Positions 14,516 to 26,039 of a stretch of 64,000 nucleotides of DNA are shown here, one piece after another. The DNA lies in NCBI GenBank assembly GCA_003693705.1, contig RBZT01000656.1:65902-129901 (forward strand), in the 5' to 3' direction. The DNA comes from Polymyxa betae A26-41 (lineage: Eukaryota; Protista; Endomyxa: Phytomyxea). The position numbers and the translations under genes are program-made. How positions within the stretch are numbered: the stretch's first letter is position 1; each line of letters opens with the position of its first letter. Below the pieces are notes generated by a model. The model saw nothing but the letters and a program-made list of their open reading frames with translations. It was not told the origin of the DNA and made no database searches.

Positions 14516-15304
14516 TTACATAATAACCAGCTTATTCACTAATTCGCTCACATCCGAACGAACATAATCTTTCAACTCGTCTTTCGTAACCCAGAGGTAT
14601 TCTTGACCATGGACGGAGCCACCAGCGTAATAACATCTCAGGAAGAATACCTGTAAGCAATATTCAGAGCTATGCTTTACGCTCCAGGCAGATAACGATT
14701 CACTTTATCATGATCAGATTCTAGATGAGCGATTGGAGCCTGTCCAGTGAATGAGACTTCCAAACTAGAGCCAGCAGATTCTGTGATAGCTCTTTCTGCT
14801 GTTTGTCTGATAGTTTCTGGATCCTGAGTCCAGGTTGCCTCGGGCAGACCCCAAGAACAGTCTTTCTGCTTCAAAACCAAAATCAACGATCGATCCAGCT
14901 TCCGATTCGTCGACGTTCGAACATCGAGTCGATCATCCTGGAATAGATTAAATACTATTCAATGTCTGTTGCATATAACTAAGGTACTTCGGTGATTCGA
15001 GGAGCTGGAGTAAATCGCTCTTTGACTCTCACCATATCCGGTTGAGACATTCGCTCATCCAACTTATCTTCCAGGATTTTCGGGATCGGCTTCGTATACC
15101 TGACAGCATTATCAGGAACCATTGCAGAAATTATGTGAAACCAGATCCTGACTTGACGTTCAGTTCATGCTGCATCTCCTCGAATTCCTGCTCCCAGGGC
15201 TCAGAATCCGGAACTATCACAGGCAATCGTTCAACGATCGTCGCTGCCTTAGCGGTTCGGTTTGCCGACGATGAAAGCCATCTAAGACTGCCTCTAATCA
15301 TCAT
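14516..15304 (-). CDS. MRPL46: Mitochondrial ribosomal protein mL46
   Basis: Spliced translation IVERLPVIVP...WEQEF...PAPRITE.DD...NRKLDRSLILVLK...WGLP...ETIRQTAER...GQAPIAH...VFFL...YLWVTKDEL. Confidence 0.88.
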
Positions 15305-15379
15305 TTGGAGATGATTTTAACAGTCTGAGCAGCAGCCCCCATCATGTCCGTGTGTCTCCTATCACCTTACTACAACCAT

Positions 15380-15413
15380 CCCTCCTCTCTATAACGACAC
15401 TCTTTATAACGAC
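15380..15413. mobile_element. Possible pogo/Tc1-like MITE terminal relic
   Basis: Tandem ctctataacgaca/ctttataacgaca motif shortly after a TACA, resembling pogo-type subterminal repeats; partner end not found. Confidence 0.3.
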
Positions 15414-16088
15414 AGCTCCATAGAAGCCCGGTAATGTTACTTTACTAACAACCAGACACCATATCGACTCTCTTATCTCATCAAGACTTCAATCCTTTCT
15501 ATGAAAACTGAAATGCATCGCCACACCCTGCTGCCCAACAAAGTGGTGCTCTAGCAGCTGAGAATGGCAATACATGAACGCCTCGGATGCGGTCCAAAGT
15601 AGCAGCCGGAGCCGCCTTTGGAGTATTCTATTGTGATCCTGCCGTATAGAGTACCACTGGCAAGAAACAACCCGTTTAACACGAGGCAGGGGCATGTATG
15701 ACCCCGTTGTTCTGTGATGACATACCGTATTAAAAGCAGCAGCTTGTTTTTGATAGGTGTTCTCAGCAACGACAAATCTTACATAAAGGCACATAAAACG
15801 GCAACTAACCGCTTATTGCTCTACAAAAGATTAATCAACATAGAAGTATAAAGTCGATTTAGATGACTGTAGGTCACCATATCGGTTTTAGCATTACAGG
15901 TTTTGAGGGTCGATTGCGCCTCAGAAGCGAAGCTCCCTGTGAAGCTTCCTGTCGAGAGAGATACGACATTTCTTGAGTCAATGCATATCTCAGGAACATT
16001 TGCATGAGTCATGGTGATATGGTGCCCGGAAGACGACAGCGAATCGCAACGAAATCGGGGCCATTTCAGCTGCTGCTGCTCTGCACCG

Positions 16089-16592
16089 ATGTCGTCGCCA
16101 TTTCGCGCCGTCTCTGTCGTCACGTTCGTGATCGCGATTCAGTTCGGGATTTATGCCCAGGACTTTTTCGACGACGATCTCGATGCCGACACCGACTTGA
16201 TCACCATCCGGCATGATCATGACGACAGCGACGGGTACGACTTGGACCATCACGACGAACACGGCCTCGGTGGCGTGTCACACGGTGTTCATTCACTCAA
16301 GGCAAACGGCGTCTTCCTGCAGACGTCGGTCGGCCAGGTCGAACACTCCGGCTCCAGCAACGAACACATCGATCGTGGCCACGAACACATCCGTCTCGAA
16401 GGCGACGAAATTGCCGCTGCTAAGGATAGCCTGGTGTCGAACGAGGCGCCCTCGTTGACACCACCAGCAGGCTTACCTGATAATCAGCAGGTTCACGTCC
16501 CCGACTTGACCAATCACGCGCTGCCAGAGCATTCGCAGTTCACAGGCTTGCATGGCATGACGACACCGTCGATTCTTGTGCCCAACACATGA
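16089..16592 (+). CDS. Candidate secreted Asp/His-rich protein
   Basis: MSSPFRAVSVVTFVIAIQFGIYA signal-like peptide followed by DFFDDDLDADTD and HDHDDSDGYDLDHHDEH; the 3' end may be spliced further. Confidence 0.55.
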   Translation: MSSPFRAVSVVTFVIAIQFGIYAQDFFDDDLDADTDLITIRHDHDDSDGYDLDHHDEHGLGGVSHGVHSLKANGVFLQTSVGQVEHSGSSNEHIDRGHEHIRLEGDEIAAAKDSLVSNEAPSLTPPAGLPDNQQVHVPDLTNHALPEHSQFTGLHGMTTPSILVPNT

Positions 16593-17293
16593 ACCAGCTT
16601 TGAGGAACTTGTTCCATGAGTATCCACATCGCTGATGGCGCATTACGACGAACGCTCGTAAGGTCGCAGCAACAGCGCAGCTTTTCGCTGAAAAAAAACT
16701 CTTGATGCATTTCTGAATTTGGAGCCATGAAGATGAAAGATCTCCCCAAGAGAATCCCGTCCCACGATGGGTAATTTGAGGAAACCCGCAATAAACTTGT
16801 TGTTTGGCATTTTCGTCGTTTTTCTCTAGCGGATTGCGATACTGCAGCCCGAAACACTATCTAGACCTTTATCATGTCTGAAATAGCTCAACCAAGAGCA
16901 GTTTCAAGATTGATATCCCATTTAGGCATATTGGAATCTTGCCAGGCGTATTGTTTACGAGAGCAAGTTCATAATTGTATGCGATTTCAAAGAGAGCATA
17001 TTCACAGCTCAAATATGAACTGATCGGTCATGGCTCGATCTATTTCGAAGAGGCGCATGATTTGGTCGGCAACATGATTGCCGAAATATCTACATTTGCG
17101 GGCCAATTTGCAGATATTTTGCTCGATAAACAGCCTCTGTACTCAGATGTAAATCTATTCTTGCGTGTCGCTGAATTGCTGGCTAACGTCGTCGGATGGT
17201 AGTAAGAACTACCACCTTATGAATGATCTACATCAATGTAACAATTCAGATTCCTAGCAGAGATCAAGACTGATTGGACTTTGTTCAGTTTTT

Positions 17294-17803
17294 ATGATTG
17301 TTTGCTCAATATTCACATTGATGATCCTCGGGGCCGTATTTCAATGGCGTCCCCGGAACATTCACGACGCCGATCACAAGAGCTTATTACAAGCGAGAAT
17401 CAGGCGGTCCCAGAGAAAACAAGAAGCTCTACATATGCGCGCTTATGAACTCAGAATGCAACTGGTCGAGACGCAGCAGGCAATCCAGCAAGAAATCGCC
17501 CTGACCCACCTGGTCTCTGACGACAAGGAGAGAAGAAAGCGGCAGCACGCTCGGCGAAAGAAACGGCGGAAGTCGTCGCTGGACTTGAAGACATGGATGA
17601 GCCATGCAGACAACGACGACATCTTACTGAAGATCACCAATGAGAATGACGCCATCGAGTCGCGTATTGAGATCAGTATCTCATCATCATGTAACGATAT
17701 CTCAAGTGCTGATGAGTCAGAGAGCGACCTCCTTCCACTTCCAAGGAGGCCGCGTGTACCTCGACTTGACCTCTCTCGTGTCTTGCGACCTCTGATTGTT
17801 TAA
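17294..17803 (+). CDS. Hypothetical protein or terminal exon with hydrophobic segment, coiled coil and basic NLS-like tract
   Basis: 169-aa ORF; RRKRQHARRKKRRK tract; may be the last exon of a longer gene starting upstream. Confidence 0.5.
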   Translation: MIVCSIFTLMILGAVFQWRPRNIHDADHKSLLQARIRRSQRKQEALHMRAYELRMQLVETQQAIQQEIALTHLVSDDKERRKRQHARRKKRRKSSLDLKTWMSHADNDDILLKITNENDAIESRIEISISSSCNDISSADESESDLLPLPRRPRVPRLDLSRVLRPLIV

Positions 17804-17917
17804 TCAACCATAATAAAATATATTGACCATGGCAATATCGATATGGCGATTGGAATTCATAATTTGAGAGATGGGAACCCGTTGTAGGATGAAAATATCT
17901 AGATTGGTTGTCGCCCT

Positions 17918-19780
17918 ATGGTGTCTGGATTTGGGCCTGATATACATCGGCGGCAGGATGTGATTCAAAGCCTGCGAATTGGGAAAAGCCAACGCTCAGA
18001 TCGGGATATAGAAACGATCTTGAATTTCATCACGACCAACTGCCGAGCCAGTATATTCCGGCACATCTCGCAGGACGCTCTCAGCAAACTCTGTCGTGGC
18101 ATTACATTAGAGGAATATAAGCCAGACCAGGTCATCATGCGGCAAGGTTCTGTTAGCGATTTCATGCTTATTTTGATCAAAGGAAGAGTAACAGCTAACA
18201 ACATTCACATCATTAACATTTGCTTTTTTAACAGTTTTTAGGTGGACGTGTTCAGAAATCAGAGCGGATTTGGATCGAATACTGGCAAGTTTATCATCAA
18301 CATAAGCAGACCGGGAGATTTCGTCGGGGAAATGGGTCTTATGGAGAGCGCTCCCAGAAATTCAACTGTTATTGCAACCCATGCGACATGGTGCATGAAA
18401 ATCGACGGGAGCCGAAGTCGAAATATCATTAAGAAGCAGCTGCGTTCCGAGCAAATCGCAAGAATGCAGAAAATCGCCGCACTATCGTATTTTGATTCAG
18501 GCAATGGAGCCAGTTCCGAAGAGTTCATTCGAGAACTATCGCATACGTTCAAATCACAGACGCTTCGAGCTCGTGACGTACTGTTCAAAGAAGGAACCAT
18601 CGCCGATGAGGTTCGCTTGATGGGTTTCGTGTGATGTTCTTTTACAAGAAAGCTATAGGTCTCGTTCATAGTTAGTGGAACTATTGGCCTTAGAAAACGT
18701 GACCTAAATTGTAAGCTGATCTTTCGATATCGCTTGTATTTGCTAAATGAGGAATCGGAAAATCTTAGGTGCAAAACCATTGCAATCACAACTGTTTGTA
18801 TGTCTTGCTGGGGTTGGAGAGATCATCGGTGGTGAAGCACTGGAGCCGCTACTTTCAGAGCCCAGATATCGATTCTCTGCCGTTGCTGAAACGACCGTTG
18901 AGCTGTTCACACTTACACGCGCTGCTGTTCGAATTCTGGACCGGAATCTGTGCCGTGATCGCATCTGGAATCTGTTCCAAATACGCCAAGCAGCTCGGCT
19001 GGAAGCAGTGTTCGTCAGTTTTATCGCGAATTTATCAAGATGTCTCTGATTTGGATTCAGAGCGGATCCGCGACGTCTGACCGGAACAGCGTTGAATGAG
19101 TCTTTGAAAGCACAGAAAACCAGGGCGATTAGCGGTGAGGACAGGAAGCGATCTCAGAAGACAGTGTCTCTGGACCAAGAGCTTCTCTGTCTTCCAACAT
19201 CGAACGTCGGATTACGATTTGCACCGAATCCACCTTGTCACCGTTGTCGTGCTAACATAACTGGCATCCGACCTTTGTCCAATCGAAGACTGATCCCCCT
19301 AAGATACACGAATGGCCACTTAGCCGAATGGCATCAGAAAACCGGGCAATAATGACCATTGTGACCATCGAGGAAATTCGGCAGGCTCTTCTGAATCTTT
19401 TCAATAAAGAACCAAAGCGAATCTCATTGTCAGGTATTGGCTGAAATTTGTTAGAGGTAGCCTGCACGTAAGTGAAAATCGTCATCGCTCAGGATCATTA
19501 GAGACACAGGTTCAAGCATGGCACATCAGTCAAAGCGAGCTTGTACGACATCCTCTAGCTCGTATGAACAGTCCTATTCATAAAACAAGCTGCTCAAGAT
19601 GAAGAGATTCGAAAGATGTGGGAGACCAACGTTTTGTGCAATCTTCGACCATACTTCAATAAGAATGTGTGTTTGACAAAAAATGGCGACAGCGATTTGC
19701 TCAGCAAAGGGCGACTTAAATTGCTTAGCTGCAGAAAACACTCATCGAGGAAGGTCATTGACGAGCAACCAGGCGCCTAA
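17918..19780 (+). CDS. Cyclic nucleotide-binding domain protein (two CNB domains)
   Basis: VIMRQGSVSDFMLILIKGRV, PGDFVGEMGLMESAPRNSTVIA, VLFKEGTIADEV, GEIIGGEAL; 3' end approximate. Confidence 0.8.
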
Positions 19781-20033
19781 GTTGCAACCTTCCATAGTAC
19801 AATACCAGCATTCAGCAACATTTGCCGTCTCTTGCAGACGCAGATAGATCTTTAAGACGTCAGTAAAGAATCGTCAATGCAGTTCTGTAAACTTCAACTG
19901 TCCATCAGCCATGCCTGGTGACGAGTTTCAGATTTGAAACTCTGTGAGAATGATTTGGGCGAAGAGTGCGCAGTGTATAGCTGTAATGTCATCTCCATAT
20001 TGTCTATAAAGGGGAGATAGATACACATAGTCA

Positions 20034-22469
20034 ATGAGTAGTGTGGTTCAATTCACACCCTTGTATGGTGCCAGCGATATCGATCCACTCTGTTATCTGC
20101 TCGAACTAGACGACTGTAAAATCCTGCTTGATTGCGGATGGGACGACCATTTCAACGAGAAGGACGTCGAAGCTTTGGGTCGGGTCGTTAATGACGTTGA
20201 TGCTGTTCTCAGTAATACGATCTATGCTATCTCTGGCTGTCTATCTGATCAATGCTATCAGTATCACATCCGGATATTGCTCATATTGGTGCATTACCTT
20301 ATGCTATTGGGCAATTAGGTCTGGATTGTCCAATATTCTCCACACAACCTGTATGGAGAATGGGCTGGATGTTCATGTATCAGTATTTCATTATCCTCGA
20401 CAAATATGCTGATTTATAATCAGGTATGATGCCTGGCAACGATTAAATGCTCGAATGGATTTCGACCTTTTTTCAAGTAAACCCGCGATTTATCAATTCT
20501 TTTTTCCATTCTAATCAAGAAAACAGTCGACGACGTCGATGCAGCATTCGAGAAGATCACGAGCGTGACATATTCGCAGGAGTGTCGTCTAACAGGACGT
20601 GGTGATGGTATTACAGTGACACCTTTTCAAGCTGGTCATACACTGGGTGGTGCTATCTGGCGTATTGTGAAAGAATCTGAACAGATCGTCTATGCAGTCG
20701 ACATCAATCATAGACGAGAACGGTCCGCCATGTTTTTGCATTCGCTTCCAATCCCGTTTTGATCCTCAATGCTAGACATTTGGATGGAACGGTCTTAGAG
20801 ACAGCGTGCCCTCGACCTTCGGTCCTCATTACAGACGTTTATAATGTCTTAAAGCATGTGCCGACCAGAAAGGAGCGCGATGCACAGCTGTTCGATGCGA
20901 TCAGAGATTGTCTGGAAGGCGGCGGTAACTGTCTCATGCCTGTTTTCACAGCCGGTCGTGTCCTGGAACTCCTCGTCTATCTGCATTCGCGCTGGGTCGC
21001 CTCACGATTCGACCAGAAATACGCGATCGCTTTCCTATCCCATGTCGCCTTCAACACGATCGATTTCGCGCGAACCTATTTGGAATGGATGAGTGAGACC
21101 TGCCAGAAACAATTCGATCAGGCTCGTGAATCTCCTTTCGATCTGAAACACCTTCACGTAATGAGCACTCATTCTCCTTAAATCGCTCTAACATTATCTA
21201 TATAGATCTGTCAATCAATCGAGGAAATCGATCGACTCAACCAGCCTGTGCTTGTTCTAGCTAGCTGTCCCTTCATAGAGTCCAGTTTTGCTGAAGATCT
21301 GCTAATTCGTTGGGCATCTGATCAGAAGAATCTCGTATGTCGTGCAACCTCATCGAATCTTCAATCTGATCGGTTTCGCCTCTCAGATTATGCTGACCTC
21401 AGCTCCGAGAGTCCCTTGTATAGCGTCGACGTTGCTTCAGGTACCGCCGCCGCCTTCCATCGAGATCGTACGTCGGTTTCGAAAGCCTCTGGAAGGCGAA
21501 GAACTTCGCGAACACGAAGAGAAGCGCAAAGAACAGGAGGCCAGTATGGCACAAGAAGAATCCGAATCTGAGTCCGAAGAGGAGGATGAGGCCGATTTCG
21601 ATGAGCGCGTCGGCGCCGCCACTGCCATGTTCAAACGTCGCCTGAAACTCGTCCCGACCTATCCGATGTTCGGCTTCAAGGAGGTCGTACACGCCAGCGA
21701 CATGTACGGCGAACAGATCGAGTTCAGCGATTACGTGATTCCCGATATGAACCCGGTCAGTGATGGTGTACATCCGGCTGGGCCAGCAGGGACGGCGACG
21801 GCCACGATACCAGACGCCGCTCCTTTGCCAACGATTCCCACGAAGTCGCTCACCGAGAACGTCCCCGTCGCCATCAACTGCAAAATCGCGTTCGTTGATT
21901 TCGAAGGCCGAATGGACCAGAACTCGATCAAGAATGTGATCAAGAGGGTGCAGCCAAGGAAGACGATCTTGGTGCATGGACCGGATAAAGGCAAGGACCT
22001 CGTGATGCAGTTCATTGAGAGCGACCTGCCGTCCTCGTCGACGGCCGTGGCGCCCGATAATTTGCAGACATCGGTGATATCGGCAGAGAAGAATGTATTC
22101 AATATCAAGCTGCGTGATTCGTTGGTGAAAAACTTGCGGTTCGTTAAAGTTGACGATTACGAGGTCGCCTATGTCGATGGGCGAATCGTGCAAAGTGACG
22201 AATCGCGACATCCGGTGCTGGAGGCGACCGGCTCCACCATGTACGAGCGGCCGGCCGTCTTCCTGGGCGGTCCACGAATGGCGGATCTGAAGAAAGCCAT
22301 CACGAACGAGGGGATCGGAGCCGAGTTCATATCGGGTGTGTTGGTTTGTGAAGGCGGCGAGGTCAACATTCGTAAGGTGACCGACCAGCAAGTTAGTATT
22401 CAGGGTGTAATTGGTGAACTCTACTTCAAGATCAGGACCATCGTTTACAGTCAATATACGATTATTTAA
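20034..22469 (+). CDS. CPSF2: Cleavage and polyadenylation specificity factor subunit 2 (CPSF100)
   Basis: FTPLYGA...[56 protein letters not shown] and C-terminal [12 protein letters not shown]. Confidence 0.96.
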
Positions 22470-23577
22470 TTCGCTTTCAACGTTTGTTCGAAAGCCGACG
22501 CTGCCGCCCGGGCTTCGTCGTGATCAACTGACGTAAAGCAGAGTTGCGTTCGGTGAAGAAACGGCTCTGTTGATGAAGTCTTCGGGTACGACCCGATTTC
22601 GACCTATGCAGGTTAGGAGAATTTCTTCAGAACAAAAGCAGTATTACATTTGGAAACCGTCTCTGAACATCAGCAAGTTTATCGGCGATTTCCGATTCAC
22701 CGATATCGACTGTAACCGAGATCCTGATTTGTCGATCACTATGGTTGATGACAGCTAACACCGAATGCAGCATCTGCTCGAATAGCGCCGGGATTCCCGG
22801 CAGAATGAACACATTTCGGCATTGTACAGCCGGAACCCAGAGACCCGCCGTCGTAATGATCCGATCTGCTGGAGATGGGAGAGTCGCCATTCTCAACCGA
22901 GCTGTAATCAACATTAAGTCGCCGAAGCATTCACAAGCGCGATCTATTGCTGACCTCCATTCAACGGTTTCCCTTGTTTGTCGTAATATCTGGCCATGGC
23001 GTCGACAGTGCCCTGATGTGGCTCCAATTTCAACCCGAATGCATCGCTTATTGCTCGATACTGGAAAAGCCCATATTAAGCAACATCAGAGACAATAGCT
23101 GCCAGACGAACCGTAATATCATCGTGAGTGCAACCGATGCCTCCGCTCGTAAACACCTAGTTAGATCTTGAACAAAACCAGTGCCGATTTGCGCGATGGG
23201 CCTGTACGTAGTCGAATCGCAACGACAGCGCCAAAACCGTGTCGGTTATATCGTGGGCGATATCGGGTATGGTCTCAACACGACATAATCGGATTCCATG
23301 GCTGAACAGCTCACGAGCTAGCACATGTGAGTTCTTATCATGCGTCTTGCCAGATAGAACCTCATTGCCTATCCAAAAAGTCGGCATTTTACAAAACAGA
23401 TTCTTCTCAGCTGCAAAAATCCCGCTCGTGAGAGAAAAACAATTGAATGTGAGAATCAATGTCGTAAGAAGAGATACCGATAATGATTGCAGCAGCCGTA
23501 TATTGTTTATTCCTAACCGCATGCAGATAGCGAGTAGACAGATGAATACGAGGTAGGATTCGGGCCAAAGTCACCAT
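22466..23577 (-). CDS. CinA/MoCF molybdopterin-binding-domain protein (FAD-synthase MPTb-like), probable mitochondrial presequence
   Basis: Spliced YTAAAIIIGNEVLSGKTHDKNS, VETIPD, NVFILPGIP, GESEIA and FPNVEIGSYP; Arg-rich, acid-free N-terminus MVTLARILPRIHLSTRYL. Confidence 0.85.
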
Positions 23578-23990
23578 CGTCTGGAGAGAGGTGATACCCA
23601 AAGCGATGACGACGCTGCAATTATCGCAATGCCTGGTTGGTATAATGGTTTTTGAATACCAGTACTTACTCTTATGATTCTTATGATACTCCCAACCATG
23701 TTCGAACAAAGTTTGCTGTCAAAGAGCGGCAACTGCGCAAATTAAAGCCACTCAGACTCGTCATCGCTGTCACTTAATTTGCCGAAAACGATAATTGCGC
23801 GGTGCGCCCCGGTAAACTTTGCGGATAAGTACATTTTTATACTGAGGTTTTCAAATGAATCCATTTATGGCATCATTCATTTTCTTCTGAACGAACTCGC
23901 TTTTGTTTTCGCTCTAAAACCCCATGGAGCGAGTCAATGTTAGTATCGACTCAACAACAAACTGATGAATGACATCATTAGCAGGTCGTC

Positions 23991-24632
23991 TTAGAGCCCG
24001 TACTGAATCAATACGCTGCCTTTTGAATTTCGGAATAGATCATTTGGGACAAAAATAAAAATCACAGGTCGTCCAGAATTGTGCGCCAGATAGGCTTGAA
24101 AAGGGATAAAAGGGATGATGGAAAGGACGAATTTGGGAACAAGGAAGAGAGACAAAAAAGGTCTCTCTTTTATTAAGTCAGCGCGGAAATAAAAGCCGAA
24201 AAATGAGTCAGGTTCCGCCGCGGCCCTTCTACCGGAGAGATCACAGCTCTGGCCCGGCGACAAGAATACAACCGAAAGCGAGCACTTCACCATCGATCGG
24301 ATGGTGATTGTTGATAGTGAACTGTAGAATTCCATCAGTAACCAATGCATCTAACGTTGGAAAGTTGGAAATCACTGGCTGGTAGTATACTGCTTTCTCC
24401 AATTCAGGTGGAAGTTCACGGAAAAAAACTGTGTTGTTTCCAGCTTGTTGAAAGATATATCTCTGTCAGATGCATCTTCTGAAAGCAGAATAAGTGAGCG
24501 CAATCGGAATTCATGCAAATCGTCAGAATATTTGAATGCAGGTAGAATTGAAATAAATGCCCCCCGAGTGCCCTGTCATGATTGTGTGCAGGCGCAACCG
24601 CTTCCATCAGGAACTGCATTCTTGTGACTACA
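23991..24632 (-). pseudogene. Degenerate Crinkler/RHS-type restriction-endonuclease-fold domain
   Basis: Frameshifted pieces RALGGHLFQFYLHS, AVYYQPVISNFPTLDALVTDGILQFTINNHHPI and FIFVPNDLF...IQYGL follow the CRN/RHSP REase motif order; interrupted by an insert at about 24097-24270. Confidence 0.6.
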
Positions 24633-24839
24633 TGATAATACAGAGCCTGCGCAACACGACCGAACTGGGCAGTTCGGTCAACGCCGTTCTTGAATCAACT
24701 TTCTCGTCTCGTTTCGTCTTAGTCTCGCCTCTCACCGCCACTCATCCTATTTCTTCTTTCCCTCTTATCTTATTATTCTTACACCTTAGTATTTTATTAT
24801 ATTCGTCGTTACGACAATTCGGTTTATTCGTCATGACGT
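24633..24839. mobile_element. LTR-like segment A
   Basis: Starts with TG, strongly pyrimidine-skewed, homologous in reverse complement to 26040-26269; abuts the gag fragment; no TSD seen. Confidence 0.55.
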
Positions 24840-25225
24840 CGGGGCGCTTCTCCGGGTCATTTGGTCCAACAATTGTCCGATGCGTGGAATCTGAATCCGC
24901 GACCTTCCTTCCGGCAGTGCTCGCATCCCTTCGACCTCGTGAAATTTGCTTGCAGCTGCTGTAAATGGTAATTTCTGCCCGATAATTCCATTTCAAGGTT
25001 TAAAATCATCTGTGAGATGCGTTCTGTAGAGAGAGAGTCTGCGTGGCTGTCGGCCGCCGCTATGACCGATCCAAACTGGCTTGGTAACCCCGCCAAGATC
25101 ACTGCCGCAGTCACGGAATCTGTAAGGACAGCTTTAGAAACCTCCTGAAACTCCCGTGTTGCGTCCTTGGCTCGACTAATATATGCCTGTGTATCGGTTT
25201 GGGAACCAACTAAGCAATCTAAGTG
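24840..25225 (-). mobile_element. Ty1/copia gag fragment (truncated, frameshifted)
   Basis: AVILAGLPSQFGSV (UBN2-type gag motif) and zinc knuckle CEHC...HASDNCW; a +1 frameshift continues as WTKYPEKRPD. Confidence 0.8.
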
Positions 25226-25246
25226 CTTAGATTGCTTAGTTGGTTC
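25203..25246. repeat. Perfect 21-bp inverted repeat with 2-nt spacer
   Basis: gaaccaactaagcaatctaag-tg-cttagattgcttagttggttc read directly from the sequence. Confidence 0.97.
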
Positions 25247-25489
25247 TGACACAATTCATCTGGTTGTTTACGCATATTTACGATGCCGCCGATCTTGAAG
25301 TTTTGAGCATTGGCAGATCTAAAGAAGCTTGGAGTTAGGCTCGAGGAAAACGTCCCCTATTATTGGTTAGAGAAGCGGTGCGCGATGACTCGGGAGCGGA
25401 AGGTAGGACGCAGGGGACCGGTGTCCTGCAACGGAGCGACGTCAGGGAGTCCTCGGAGGCGGAGCGACGGGGCACGGAATGGAGCGGAG

Positions 25490-25632
25490 ATATGCGATCC
25501 AAGTTTAGTATTGAAGCGAATGTTCTTCAGATTAAAAACAAGTATCAGGCGCTTCAAAATAATTTTCGCAAGGTTCAACAAGATGATCAAAAGACAGGTA
25601 ACGTTGCGGCCCCACCGATCGAAACCGCATAG
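25490..25632 (+). mobile_element. Myb/SANT-like DNA-binding fragment (PIF/Harbinger ORF1-like)
   Basis: MRSKFSIEANVLQIKNKYQALQNNFRKVQQDDQKTGN resembles the QIKNK...TGN signature; lies inside the TE nest. Confidence 0.5.
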
Positions 25633-26039
25633 CTGGGACGCTTTATTATTAACCACAGCAATGACAGCGCCCAGAGCGACCGAAACACTGCCCCAGATAA
25701 GGCTGCAATGGTCGAATGAGCGTTGGCATCGATCATTGAATGGGAGAGGTAACGTTAAAGAAAAAGAGATAACGTACGGAAAAAGAGGTCCGTGACCTCT
25801 TTCGAAACGAAAGAGATGGGCAAAGTAGGTCCTACCAATTAATCAGATTTCTCAGTTTTTCCGAACCTCCTATTTTAGTACAGTACCTCTTTCTACCTTA
25901 CCGGTAGTACCCTCAACCCTGAAATAGAAACTCATTACTCACTCAAAAAGGAGATACGCAAAAAGTAGATCGCCCAGGCAGAGTAAGGGGTCGGAAAGAC
26001 GGAAACCTGCGTGCGTTGGTCTCTTACATTTCGAAAGAG

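Noticed and set aside
21399-22454. 351-aa antisense ORF opposite CPSF2
   Set aside because: Shadow frame of a GC-rich coding exon; no recognisable domain.
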